Origin: an uncultured archaeon
GTDB lineage: Archaea; Thermoproteota; Nitrososphaeria; Nitrososphaerales; Gagatemarchaeaceae
Length of the DNA: 64,000 nucleotides
Direction: 5' to 3'
Assembly (NCBI GenBank): GCA_963799775.1
Contig: CAWCYD010000003.1
Location: forward strand, 64,001 to 128,000
Shown: one piece after another, positions 22,191-31,980 of the stretch
Layout: each line of letters starts with the position of its first letter
How positions within the stretch are numbered: the first letter of the stretch is position 1
Program-made: the position numbers and the translations under genes
Notes under the pieces: model-generated
Seen by the model: only the letters and a program-made list of their open reading frames with translations
What the model was told of the DNA's origin: nothing
The model's database searches: none

Positions 22191-22808
22191 TCAAGGAGCC
22201 AACTCATCAAAGCGACACGTGGCCGCGGAGGAGGAACTACTGACAGCCGTCGATGAACTACTTGTCGTTGTCGTCGAACTTGACGGAGTGCCAATCGTCC
22301 CTACCAAGAGTGTCAGATTGGCGTTCTGGGTCACTCCGACACCGGTAACTACGAAATGAGCCTTCACAGTGTCCAAAGGCCATGCGGTCGAATTCACAGG
22401 GATCCCGAACTCAATCCCTTGACCCGGAGCCAAAGTTGCGTTTGCCGTCGGAACAGGAAATGATTCGAACGCGGACGACGTGACGTTTGTGGACATGGAC
22501 ACAGCAGTAAGATAAACTGGAGCGTTTCCATTGTTAATCGCCGTGACGTCGATTTCGTTCATCCCCCTGAGAAAGGGCACCTCGCAGGCACGACCCGGAA
22601 TCGGCGTCGCTGTGCAGTTTCCATTCGAGAAGTTGAACTCTACCAAGTTGGTTGGTCCCAGACTCGGTATGACTTCTAACGACTCTGTCTTCGGGGGATT
22701 CAATGCATCGTAATGCGCTAGTCCTATGCCACCAACTACGACGAGGAGGGCAATGATAGCAACGACCAAAGCGTAAAACGCAAGTCGGTCGCTAAATTTC
22801 ATCAGCAC
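22191..22808 (-). CDS. Membrane-anchored exported protein, Ser/Thr-rich tail
   Basis: N-terminal transmembrane segment, beta-rich body with many NxS/T sequons. Confidence 0.6.
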   Translation of the reverse strand: MLMKFSDRLAFYALVVAIIALLVVVGGIGLAHYDALNPPKTESLEVIPSLGPTNLVEFNFSNGNCTATPIPGRACEVPFLRGMNEIDVTAINNGNAPVYLTAVSMSTNVTSSAFESFPVPTANATLAPGQGIEFGIPVNSTAWPLDTVKAHFVVTGVGVTQNANLTLLVGTIGTPSSSTTTTSSSSTAVSSSSSAATCRFDELAP

Positions 22809-22870
22809 GCCAATGGCGCAGGTTGGATATTAGACCTGCGCTCCGGAATTCCTGTAATTGTTTCTGCCGA

Positions 22871-23242
22871 CTATTCGCCGTAAAGATGGCTGCACCTAGT
22901 GCACCATCCGTTTGTCATCAGCCCTCCGCAGTTCTGGCACAAATTTGGAGGAAACCAAAGGAAAGACTGAGAGCCATCCAGTGAGGTTCCGGAGGCTATC
23001 ACCGGAGGGTTGGAGCGGAGATAATCCTGTGGGGAAGCATTGACTACATGGGGTTCCAGAACTACCACATCTGGCGCGGTGTATTTTATGAGTCGAACGT
23101 CAATCACTGTCGTCTTCAATCCGTCCAAGCTGGAAGGCAGCGTGCTGCTTGGAGGGAAAAGGTATGTCTGTTTGCATTTGGGGCAACTCTGGATTCCGGG
23201 CGACGTCTCGACGGTTTCTTCGTCGCAATCCGGGCACTTCAA
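22871..23242 (-). CDS. Small protein with zinc-ribbon motifs at both ends
   Basis: CPDC...CPKC at the N-terminus and CQNC...CTRC at the C-terminus. Confidence 0.6.
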   Translation of the reverse strand: MKCPDCDEETVETSPGIQSCPKCKQTYLFPPSSTLPSSLDGLKTTVIDVRLIKYTAPDVVVLEPHVVNASPQDYLRSNPPVIASGTSLDGSQSFLWFPPNLCQNCGGLMTNGWCTRCSHLYGE

Positions 23243-23415
23243 TTTGCCTCAGTTTGAGATGTGAGGATTAAGTAATTAAGTTTGCACCCAAAAAGGCATG
23301 AGCGCCACTTGGACATTGACTATGGTCTTCTTGTGCAGATTCTCATTCTCATCGTCCTCATCGTCATCCCCTTTTCATCTACCGGCGCGACTCTGAGAGC
23401 AAGACCACCGACGTC

Positions 23416-23763
23416 TTGAGGCCGTATTTCGCCCAGCTAAAGCAGGGTTTGGAGGAAACTTCGGGGTCCGAAGACGCTCCTGCCTTTCACCATCGCATCT
23501 CAGACGTAACAGGCCCGTTCGCTGAAATGAAGAAAAAATCACTAGACCTAACTCTAAGGAAGAAGGCTCCGAAAGTCTGGTCGGACCTCAGCGGGATACA
23601 AGGCAAGATTGACGCAATCGCTAAGGCGTCTGACCCACACACGAACACGCCAGAGGGCTATTGGACGTTCTACGGTGACCTCCTAAAGAAGGAAGGGAAT
23701 CTCAAAACAGAACGAGACGAGCTGTATCGTGATGTAATGAGTTGGCTCGACAAGCATTCCTGA
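23416..23763 (+). CDS. Hypothetical protein, possibly 5'-degraded
   Basis: 115-aa ORF with plausible composition; a hydrophobic out-of-frame fragment lies just upstream. Confidence 0.4.
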   Translation: MRPYFAQLKQGLEETSGSEDAPAFHHRISDVTGPFAEMKKKSLDLTLRKKAPKVWSDLSGIQGKIDAIAKASDPHTNTPEGYWTFYGDLLKKEGNLKTERDELYRDVMSWLDKHS

Positions 23764-24028
23764 ATTTGTAAAACACTCTGACTCGCAGGTGTTCTCAGGA
23801 CCGGCGCTTTCTGCGGGAATCAGGCTCCGATGCCGATGGAGACGGTCACCTTGCTGCCCGGCGCTCACATCTTTTGGGGCTCTTCGAGTAGGTCTAGCAG
23901 TTGAATAGGCATGACCTCAAACCCTTCCGTCAAGGCACTAAGGTCGAGGATGAAACCTTCTGAGTCAACAGATGGCATGTCAGACATCGGGGTGCTCGCT
24001 CAGCATGGGCTAACTCTGGAGTTCCTTA

Positions 24029-24871
24029 TTAGGGCTTCTGAATTTGGGGTGCAGGGTCCGGAGTGGGATTGACATATTTCATTATATCGAGCTTCGAAAT
24101 CATACCCTCGACCTCTGACGTTGCCTTTCTTTCTTGTTCGAGCTTCTTCTGATACATTGATTCCAACTCGGTAACGACACTTTGCGGTAGGTGAATTATG
24201 TTGTCCTTTGTTACGACATACATGTCGGTCTCCAAGCCCACACCGGGCGCTTTCTCACTCCTTTTCTTTGCTTCAAACGCTATGGCCAGACCCTTGTTCA
24301 GAGAAACGTCTGAAGCGTGATTGTTTGCTATGAAAGCACTCGTGGCGTGGATCTCTCCCGACCCGACCGCGAGATATCCGATTGAGTCGAAATTGAACAC
24401 CTTGCCGGGGTTCTCCATTCGATAGATGTGACACCCCTTTTCGTCCACTCCTGCGATTATCATTGATAGGCGATAATCATACTTTGCCATATTCTGGATG
24501 ATGACGTTGACTAGGTTCGCATTGAGACCTTGTTGGGCTTGGTAGAAGTTCTGTAACGTAATCCCGAACGGGAATAGAACCTCCTCCTCTAGTTTCTTGT
24601 TCCTTGCGTTGAGATAAGCGGTGCGGGTGAATTCGACAATCTTGTCAATCTCCTTAGTTGGGTTGGTGACGATAGCGTTCCCCACCTCCTGAACTATGGG
24701 AGTAATTGCGAGCGCCGACCCTGCTGACGCAAACATGCAGTTTTTTGTTATTTGTTTAGCCTTTGGAAAAGGTGCCTCATATTCGATGTTGGGAGGCGAG
24801 ACGGTAACCATCCTATCAGTAATCAAAACGACATACTTGTTCTCGCATATTCCCGCGACGCAAATTGTCAA
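24029..24871 (-). CDS. Proteasome-beta-like Ntn-hydrolase protein
   Basis: TTG start gives (M)TICVAGICENKYVVLITDRMVT (Thr1, D-R); K at KAKQI; YLAVGSG motif; IIAGVD...HIY strand pattern. Confidence 0.7.
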   Translation of the reverse strand: MTICVAGICENKYVVLITDRMVTVSPPNIEYEAPFPKAKQITKNCMFASAGSALAITPIVQEVGNAIVTNPTKEIDKIVEFTRTAYLNARNKKLEEEVLFPFGITLQNFYQAQQGLNANLVNVIIQNMAKYDYRLSMIIAGVDEKGCHIYRMENPGKVFNFDSIGYLAVGSGEIHATSAFIANNHASDVSLNKGLAIAFEAKKRSEKAPGVGLETDMYVVTKDNIIHLPQSVVTELESMYQKKLEQERKATSEVEGMISKLDIMKYVNPTPDPAPQIQKP

Positions 24872-25334
24872 GGTTGTTGTGACACCAAAGGAAGCGAGAC
24901 GAGAATGCCACCTCGCTATAGGTTTTGCCGAGCAACCGTCATGTGTCGTTTGAGGCGTCCCCAACCTCAATGTCGAAAGGGTAGGTATCTCGACTGCAAA
25001 GAGACTTGTTCATTCAAAAAGAAGGGGTGCCGGTGTCCTCAGCACAGGCACTTAGTCTTCGAGGATTCTCGATGCGCTGTCCAAGCCAGCCCCGAGGTTG
25101 TAGCCTCCGGTGAAGAAGCTCGAGCCAAACAGCCCATCGAGGCTTCTGAACGACCACTTCGGCTTGGGCTTGGGTTGGATCCACGACCGCCGCTTAATGC
25201 AAGAAAGGCGCGCGCTCCCGCAAGGCTGAAGGCATAACCTCGGCCAAGTCAGTCTTTGAGGTCGGCACCTGCCGAACAGCAGTCCGCGGCTTTCGTGCAA
25301 AATGCTTAATGGAATCCTCTCGCGTTAAACAACC

Positions 25335-25520
25335 ATGGGAAGAGCCGAGGTATTCGTTGCCGGTCTGACGATGTTCCTAGTCGGCTACGGGTTCTTCACT
25401 CGATTCTTCCCCAACGCGGCATACTCGTATTGACTGGCCGAAATAGTTGCCAATGGCACATTCTTCATGGGTCTAGGCGTGGTCTTCATGGCTTTGAGTG
25501 TGCTAGGTAAGGGACGATAA
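25335..25520 (+). pseudogene. Two-TM small membrane protein interrupted by an in-frame TGA
   Basis: MGRAEVFVAGLTMFLVGYGFFTRFFPNAAYSY*LAEIVANGTFFMGLGVVFMALSVLGKGR*; TGA at 25431-25433. Confidence 0.45.
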
Positions 25521-25527
25521 GCCAAAC

Positions 25528-25890
25528 TTGGGGGCAGCAGCAGAAGCCGCCTGCACCTCTTCGCTTTTTGCAGGCATTGTTTACGGAATCTATTTCGTCT
25601 CAGGCGTGGGAGTAGACCCGCAGGACCTCGCCGGAATGGTCTTTCAGGACATGGTAGGTCAACTCGCGCCACAGTATGACTCAGTTGTCGAGATTGCGCT
25701 GGTTCTCCTCCTAGTAGTGGGAGTCTGGCAAACAATTACACTGGTGGTTTCTGGCAGTGCCTTGGGCCCCGGGGGTCTTGCAATGACTCTACTGGCATTC
25801 TTCGGAGGAATAGCAATCTTCTTTCACACAACTCAAGAAGCTGGAGCTTTTATGATTCTTGCCGCCTTTATTCTGGGTGCGGTGCTCTAG
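25528..25890 (+). CDS. Small multi-pass membrane protein
   Basis: 120 aa with about four hydrophobic segments. Confidence 0.55.
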   Translation: MGAAAEAACTSSLFAGIVYGIYFVSGVGVDPQDLAGMVFQDMVGQLAPQYDSVVEIALVLLLVVGVWQTITLVVSGSALGPGGLAMTLLAFFGGIAIFFHTTQEAGAFMILAAFILGAVL

Positions 25891-25942
25891 TTACAACCGT
25901 TGCCCCGGATAGCGGAAAACACTTCTCGGTGGATTCATCACT

Positions 25943-26182
25943 TCACCTATGGGAGGCATGAGCCCCATGTGCTCCTTCACAGTAGGTGCGCTTGTCGGTC
26001 GCCAAGTCTTTGAGATATCGCGGAGCAAGAGTCTCCGCGTCTCCCTTCGGTCCGTAGACAGAGGCCAAGAAATGAGTCACTTCGCTCTTGTAGACCTTTG
26101 CTGTGCCGGGGCTGTCCTGTCGGAGACCCTCCATCCATTCGTCGTAGGTCTTCGACTTCCCCACGGCCTGAATCCTGCTCAT
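25943..26182 (-). pseudogene. Possible truncated N-terminal (SAM-like) fragment of a tyrosine integrase
   Basis: YDEWMEGL...SPGTAKVYKSEVTHFL resembles the S..T...Y...l..F pattern of integrase N-domains; lies at the edge of a low-GC block. Confidence 0.4.
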
Positions 26183-26331
26183 AAAACCGCAGAGGACTCA
26201 TTGAACACTTGTGTCCTTCTGTTATTAACCTAGATTTAGAAGGTTTACCAAACTTTACCACACCATCAAACCTTGTTGTCTGGGCTCGGTATCTCCGCAT
26301 CGTAGCGTATCGTGTGTCAAGAGATCACGAC

Positions 26332-27075
26332 ATGAGCAAATTCGAGAAGAACTGGAAACCGGCGGCATCGTCGGGAAGCTTCGGACAAAAGACCCGGGAT
26401 ACCATCAGAGGCCCGCAGCCCCTGAAGCCCCAGATCCAAAAGGCAACTGGCCAACTCAACCAGGAGGTCCATCGCTTGGACGGCGCCCTCGGCCGCCTGA
26501 AGCAGAGGGAGACATCGATCTTCAAGAAGACGGTCGCGGCGGTCCAGCACCACGACGAGGCCACGAGCAAGGCCTACTCGAACGAGCTCGCCGAGATCAA
26601 GAAGATGACGAAGATCGTCACCCAATCAAAGATAGCTCTTGAGCAGATAACAATGCGACTGCAGACCGTCACCGAGTTCGGCGACTTCACCGCAGTCCTC
26701 GCACCGGCAATCGGCGTGATCAGGAACGTCCGCGCGTCGCTCTCGACAGCGCTACCAGACGCCCAAGGTGCGCTAGGAGATATCGGCACCGAACTGAGCA
26801 CAATGATGACGGACGTCGGCGGACTCACGGGCGCGAACTTCTTCCAGAGCGGCGAGTCCTCGGAAGAGGCGGACAAGATCATGGCAGAGGCTGCCGCGAT
26901 CGCCGAGAAGCGCATGGGCGAGACCTTCCCAGAGGTTGCCCGTCGGCGCAAGACGAGTCCATCTTCAGCAGCGGAAGCTAGCCAAGTTAGTAGAGTGCTA
27001 GAGGCGTCATCCGGTCGCCATCTTAGGCGGCCGGGTGAACCCCTTAAATTTTCGGGCGGAAAGGAAAGGGAATAA
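26332..27075 (+). CDS. cdvB: ESCRT-III/Snf7 family protein (CdvB paralog); true C-terminus may be frameshifted near 26940
   Basis: PLKPQI, YSNELAEIKKM, KIALEQITMRLQTV, LAPAIGVI and EEADKIMAEAAAIAE..FP, typical of thaumarchaeal CdvB paralogs. Confidence 0.85.
   Translation: MSKFEKNWKPAASSGSFGQKTRDTIRGPQPLKPQIQKATGQLNQEVHRLDGALGRLKQRETSIFKKTVAAVQHHDEATSKAYSNELAEIKKMTKIVTQSKIALEQITMRLQTVTEFGDFTAVLAPAIGVIRNVRASLSTALPDAQGALGDIGTELSTMMTDVGGLTGANFFQSGESSEEADKIMAEAAAIAEKRMGETFPEVARRRKTSPSSAAEASQVSRVLEASSGRHLRRPGEPLKFSGGKERE
27019..27037 (+). repeat. 19-bp direct repeat, left copy (catcttaggcggccgggtg)
   Basis: Identical to 31216-31234. Confidence 0.9.
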
Positions 27076-27198
27076 ATTCAGAATACCTGTATCTTTTGCA
27101 AAAGATTACTGGGTGTTTGAGACCCTATTCAGAGTAAGGATTTACGGACCTTGATGGTGTTCCATAGGTGATTATATTCTCTAAGAGTGTTATAGGCC

Positions 27199-30087
27199 GT
27201 GGTTACCTTGGTCGGAGAGAAGAGAAGCCTCAAGCTTCTCAGTATGATCTTGCCGATGGTTCTTCTGATGCAACCGTTCACTGCTCTTAGCCCATCGTTC
27301 TTCTCCTCAACTCCTTACCCGAGCACTCCTTCCCCGAGCACTCCTTCCCCGAGCAATGCCTTGTCACCCTCAAACATTGCGGCGGTTCCGGCTCAGGGCG
27401 CTACTTCTCCGATGGTGGTGCAAACCCAGGATTACAACTTCAGGACTTCTACTCATGAGACATCTACGGGTGGAGACTACATCTTTGTGACGCCGGCAGG
27501 GAATTACTCTTTCTCAACACAGCTTCCTTGGGCGATGGGTTATCTTTCCCGATGGGGAAACAAGACTGACTTTTCGACATATGGGATTCGGAACGGAGAC
27601 GGAACATTCCTCACCCCTGGGACTTTCGCGGTTCATGTCACCCAGACTACTATCACGGTCAATTCGACAGAGTTGAATTCTGATGCATCCCTGCGCGGTT
27701 ACCTTGCTTGCAAATACGATTTCGCCCAGACGCCCGAAAAGACTTCGTGCAACTATAGTCCAGTTAAGGGAGTCATCGCCGACTTCAACATTGCATGGTT
27801 TACAAGCGCGGACTACGTCAGCGTCGGTGGTGGAACAACGGGGTCAGCTGCCCAAAACGGGCTGACGAGCGTTGGCAACTTCACACATGCTATAGTAGGT
27901 TCTCAATCAGAAGCCTCAAACTGGAGAATGGTGCTGTCCTTGAACTGGGGAGATTACGGACCTGCTTCGGTACAAGTCGGCCCATTTACCTACGCAGGCT
28001 CCGCTCACAACGGCGTCCTAGTACAATTTGCTCGGAACACGTCAGCCGTAGACCCTAGCCTCGTCCAGCATTACGAGGGGACGGGTAGTTGTACGCTGGG
28101 AAGCGTCTCAAGTGGAGATGTCCTCATCCTAGTAACAACCAAGACAGCAACGCCGACAGATACTCGCTCGACTTCATTCTCCCAACAGGCAGGCGTAAGC
28201 ACGACAGGAAGTTATGGCACTTCGTACGCCTACATCTTCTCGGGTAACCTGCCTTCTAGCGGAAGCGGAGATACGATATCTCAAACCGGAGGAAGCGCTC
28301 CGCCTGATGGCACCAACTCGGAGTGTTTCGAGGTCTCAGGAATTGCGGCGACTGCGAACCACGTACCATCGAATTACGGGAATCTTGTGTCCAACACGCC
28401 CGGCACCTCATCAGTCTCATCATTCACGCCCGCATCTTCAGAGTTTGTCATCGCCATCGTCGATGGCCTAACCTGCAACGAAGATGGCACCTTCGGTAGC
28501 GGCACGTCCGGTTGGACGGTCGGTTCTTTCAGCGCAGGCTATAGCCAACAAATCGACCCGAACGGATGCTATCATGGCTGGCTGGACACTTCAGACAACA
28601 TCTTTGACGAATATCTGACCTCATGGGGTAGCGGTTCAACGACAGCCGGCATATCCAATGGTGGCGATGGCCTTTGCGGTGGGTGTGGAAGTGTTTGGGA
28701 TGAGGCTGTGGCGGCATTCCCAATAACCGTCACACAGCCGCTGACGGGAACACTGAGCAGCACTTATGGAGGATCAACGCAAACCGTTACCACCTCAGGA
28801 TGTTCTGCCTTCCCATCAACCTTCTCAGGCGATAACACGCAGCACAATATTGCAATGTTGCCTAGCTGCGTCTACACTCTCAGCATTCCTAGCGGGTATC
28901 AGTGGACTGGTTCAAGTTCTGGCACCACGTGTTCCTCAGGCACCTGCAGTTCCTTTGGCTATACTTACGAGAAAAGCCCTGTCACACAGCCTATCAACGC
29001 AACTCTAGTTACGGATGAGGCAGGTGGGGCTATACAAGACATCACGCTATCGGGATGCGGCACGAATGTTTCCAATTTCAGCGGAAATAGCGCCGACCAC
29101 AATGTCACGATGGCTGCGTCCTGCTCGCTGACGGCTGGTGTTCCGACCGGATACACGTGGATGGGAAATGCGACCACCATGCCCCTCACTCCCTCCTGTC
29201 CTTCCGGTTCATGTGGAGTCAACGCGGTTCAGTACCTCAAAATCATTCCCTTCATCGCAGGTTTCGCATCTGGTATTTCGTCTAGCGGCAGCAATTACAC
29301 AAGAGTAAACGCTGTTCAGGTGACAGCTAGCCTCCGCGGAACCACGGCGTCAGATCTTCAGAGCAACAATACTCTTTTCGCGGGGATGTGGGCCACTGGC
29401 TTCTCATCTTCCGTCGATTATAGAGACTATGGGTTCCAAGCCTACATGAAGCTTGAAGGTTCGGGAACGAAGGTGCTCGCTGCAGAGGTCGACCGGATAT
29501 GCGAAGGGGTCCCACCGTTGTCAGGAGCGTCCTGTGGGCACAATAACAGTTGGGTGGACCATCTGTTTGTTAGCCAACCAACAGCCTCCTTCTCCTCGAC
29601 TGACAACGTGACATTGGAAATGAAATGGTCGGGCTCAACTGTGAATTGGTACTACCAAATAAACGGAGGTACCAACAGTTCCTATGCTTCGTACAACATG
29701 AACACCTTTGCCTCTGATGCCAATCATTATTTCGTAGTCGGAACAATCTGTTGCCATCCCGCTGGCGGTAGCATTACGTATCGTCATATCGCAAAATATT
29801 TCGAGTTCGGAATAGGGAGTGCGCGCAACATAGGGAATACGGGTTGGAAAGCCGGAATCTACAATCCTCGCTACAACAACGGTTCAGGATGGACTTCCAT
29901 TGCGCAAGCAACCTCCGTGATGGGGAGTAATGCGTATCTCGACTTTGCAGTTAGATGGGGGGGAGGAGATTACACAGGAGTCAGCGTTTGTTACGCAGAC
30001 AATTCGAGTTGCTCTTTGCCGAGCGACGACATTACGTTTAGTTCTTCCACGACGACTCTTTCCGATGGAACCAGGTTGTGGGGATAG
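27199..30087 (+). CDS. Large secreted Ser/Thr/Cys-rich multidomain protein (962 aa)
   Basis: Signal peptide, STPSP linker, two internal VTQP...SGC...FSG...HN..M..SC repeats, lower GC than the host genes. Confidence 0.8.
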   Translation: MVTLVGEKRSLKLLSMILPMVLLMQPFTALSPSFFSSTPYPSTPSPSTPSPSNALSPSNIAAVPAQGATSPMVVQTQDYNFRTSTHETSTGGDYIFVTPAGNYSFSTQLPWAMGYLSRWGNKTDFSTYGIRNGDGTFLTPGTFAVHVTQTTITVNSTELNSDASLRGYLACKYDFAQTPEKTSCNYSPVKGVIADFNIAWFTSADYVSVGGGTTGSAAQNGLTSVGNFTHAIVGSQSEASNWRMVLSLNWGDYGPASVQVGPFTYAGSAHNGVLVQFARNTSAVDPSLVQHYEGTGSCTLGSVSSGDVLILVTTKTATPTDTRSTSFSQQAGVSTTGSYGTSYAYIFSGNLPSSGSGDTISQTGGSAPPDGTNSECFEVSGIAATANHVPSNYGNLVSNTPGTSSVSSFTPASSEFVIAIVDGLTCNEDGTFGSGTSGWTVGSFSAGYSQQIDPNGCYHGWLDTSDNIFDEYLTSWGSGSTTAGISNGGDGLCGGCGSVWDEAVAAFPITVTQPLTGTLSSTYGGSTQTVTTSGCSAFPSTFSGDNTQHNIAMLPSCVYTLSIPSGYQWTGSSSGTTCSSGTCSSFGYTYEKSPVTQPINATLVTDEAGGAIQDITLSGCGTNVSNFSGNSADHNVTMAASCSLTAGVPTGYTWMGNATTMPLTPSCPSGSCGVNAVQYLKIIPFIAGFASGISSSGSNYTRVNAVQVTASLRGTTASDLQSNNTLFAGMWATGFSSSVDYRDYGFQAYMKLEGSGTKVLAAEVDRICEGVPPLSGASCGHNNSWVDHLFVSQPTASFSSTDNVTLEMKWSGSTVNWYYQINGGTNSSYASYNMNTFASDANHYFVVGTICCHPAGGSITYRHIAKYFEFGIGSARNIGNTGWKAGIYNPRYNNGSGWTSIAQATSVMGSNAYLDFAVRWGGGDYTGVSVCYADNSSCSLPSDDITFSSSTTTLSDGTRLWG
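27310..27354 (+). repeat. 3 x 15-bp tandem repeat encoding a Ser/Thr/Pro linker
   Basis: actccttacccgagc-actccttccccgagc-actccttccccgagc. Confidence 0.85.
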
Positions 30088-30125
30088 TAAGAAATAGGAG
30101 CGGGCTTGGATTGGCAGGGACTGGA

Positions 30126-30509
30126 ATGACATCGAGAATCTGGATCTTCAGGTCCCTCGCATTGGTAGGTTTGTTATTGCCTATTCTCACCGTTGGAATG
30201 TCCGGATTGGGTATTCTTTCTCCTGTTCCTGTTGAACCATGGGCAGACATATGGTACTGGATAGCGATTCTCACTCTCTTCGTGTCTCCATTCCTTGTCT
30301 TTCTTTACTTTCTCGGAACTGCTGGTCTGAGGCACACTGTTACGAAGATAATTTTGGCCGCCCTTGAAGTTGCTTTATATTCGATATACTGGGAGTTCTT
30401 CTACGTCGATGCGGGTTTCTTCCCTATGCTTTTCCCGCCACTCTTGACTTTCCTAGCTGGGATGGGTTTGAAAGCGTTCGAATCGACGTCATCTTCAAGA
30501 TTCAATTAG
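30126..30509 (+). CDS. Small membrane protein, paralog 1
   Basis: About four TM segments; LGILSPVPVEPWAD...TKIILAALEVALY. Confidence 0.7.
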   Translation: MTSRIWIFRSLALVGLLLPILTVGMSGLGILSPVPVEPWADIWYWIAILTLFVSPFLVFLYFLGTAGLRHTVTKIILAALEVALYSIYWEFFYVDAGFFPMLFPPLLTFLAGMGLKAFESTSSSRFN

Positions 30510-30637
30510 GCGATATCTGCCTGCGTTTTCGCATCGCGACGAAGTTAGCCTGTCATCTTTCTTCCACAAACGACCCTTGCGGATTTGACCAGATTGCGGG
30601 AATGGGCAATGCATAAAGAAAAGGAAGGAGTCTAACC

Positions 30638-31069
30638 TTGGCAGAGGGACGTTTGACCCTTCTCAAGCAAGAAGGACAACCCCGATTCCCCAGTCCACTT
30701 CTACTATTGGGACTGGTCGCCTCATTTGTGGCGGCAGTACTTTACGCTGTTTTTGCTTTGCTCGGATTCATGAGTCCCGTCTTTGTGGACCCTTGGGCCG
30801 AGGTGCTTGCGCTCTTCATGTTGCTTGCTATTAGTATCACACCCGTATCAATACCAGTCTATTTCTTCAACTACAGGAGAATCACGGCGACAAGAGACAA
30901 GATTGTTCTTATCGCTGTCGACGTGCTTTTTTATGCAGCGGCGCTAGTAGTTCCCCTCGGACTTTATTTCCCCGTTTTTCCCGTTGCTCTGTGGATTCTA
31001 GCGCCTATGGGAGTAATATCTTTTGGCCTATTGCTTCAGCGAAGTGGATTCAGAGTCCGCGCGACATAG
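30638..31069 (+). CDS. Small membrane protein, paralog 2
   Basis: About four TM segments; LGFMSPVFVDPWAE...DKIVLIAVDVLFY aligns with paralog 1. Confidence 0.7.
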   Translation: MAEGRLTLLKQEGQPRFPSPLLLLGLVASFVAAVLYAVFALLGFMSPVFVDPWAEVLALFMLLAISITPVSIPVYFFNYRRITATRDKIVLIAVDVLFYAAALVVPLGLYFPVFPVALWILAPMGVISFGLLLQRSGFRVRAT

Positions 31070-31215
31070 CTCGCCAATGTCGTGACCAACTATCGTATCA
31101 GAGCATAACATAACCTTAAGTAAATTTCATCCCATTCCTCCGTCATGAGCAACCCAATCAGACAGGCTGCCAAGAATCAGAAGAGCCCGAAGATTGGGGC
31201 GGATTCACCTTCAGG

Positions 31216-31234
31216 CATCTTAGGCGGCCGGGTG
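31216..31234 (+). repeat. 19-bp direct repeat, right copy
   Basis: Identical to 27019-27037. Confidence 0.9.
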
Positions 31235-31269
31235 GCTCCTTCACCACCGTTCCAAGCTTGGTCATTACT

Positions 31270-31980
31270 TCATTTGTTCGCACTCCATAGCAGTTCGAGG
31301 AACTGCATGAAGTGACTCGCGACCGCGCTGCTCTCCACCCAGCCAGCCGCGGATAGGTCTGGCAGGCCTATGAGCGCTGTGCTGTCGTCCACCAAGAGGT
31401 CGAAGGCGACTATGTTGCCGGTCCTTGCCTCTATCCTCGGAGGCAGCCCCTTCACGTCCTTCTGGTCGGTCATCAAGCGAATCTTCACGCCGCGTGACAC
31501 CGCCTTGCGGATCTCCTCCAGGAGCGCCTCGGACCCTTCGATCGTCTCAGCCGGGGTGACGAGCATCATGCTCTCTCTCGCCCCTTTGATCATCTCCACG
31601 AGCTTGGAGAGGACGCGGTCCCTGCCCCTGAGAGTATAGACCAACTCGGCCTGGTCAGTCGGCGTGGACTTGTACATCTCCTCCAGAGACTGGAAGGTCT
31701 CCTTCAGCTTGGACTGGATCTCCCCGAATATCGTCTCGGGGTCTCTTGCCCTATACACGACAGGCCTTCGGGTGACGAGCTCTACCCACCCGAGGTCGGC
31801 AAGTCGACGCAGGGCCTCGTATGCGCTTGGATACGGCACCGATGCCTTGGAGGCGACCTTTCTCGGGTCGCTCGGGCCCATCTTCACCAGGAACACGTAG
31901 CATTTCGCCTCGTAGCTGGTGAGCCCAAGTTTCCTCAGCTCCTTCGAGAGTCCGTCTTCCTTCTCAGGCAAGGCGCGCAA
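31270..31980 (-). CDS. TrmB-family transcriptional regulator
   Basis: LGLTSYEAKCY...AYEALRRLADLGWV...RPVVYRA wHTH plus a PLD-like C-terminal domain (RGVKIRLM, LLVDD). Confidence 0.88.
   Translation of the reverse strand: MRALPEKEDGLSKELRKLGLTSYEAKCYVFLVKMGPSDPRKVASKASVPYPSAYEALRRLADLGWVELVTRRPVVYRARDPETIFGEIQSKLKETFQSLEEMYKSTPTDQAELVYTLRGRDRVLSKLVEMIKGARESMMLVTPAETIEGSEALLEEIRKAVSRGVKIRLMTDQKDVKGLPPRIEARTGNIVAFDLLVDDSTALIGLPDLSAAGWVESSAVASHFMQFLELLWSANK

Noticed and set aside
25431-25433. In-frame TGA as selenocysteine or recoding
   Set aside because: It lies in a hydrophobic membrane peptide with no redox motif, inside a decaying island. A nonsense mutation or sequencing error is more likely.
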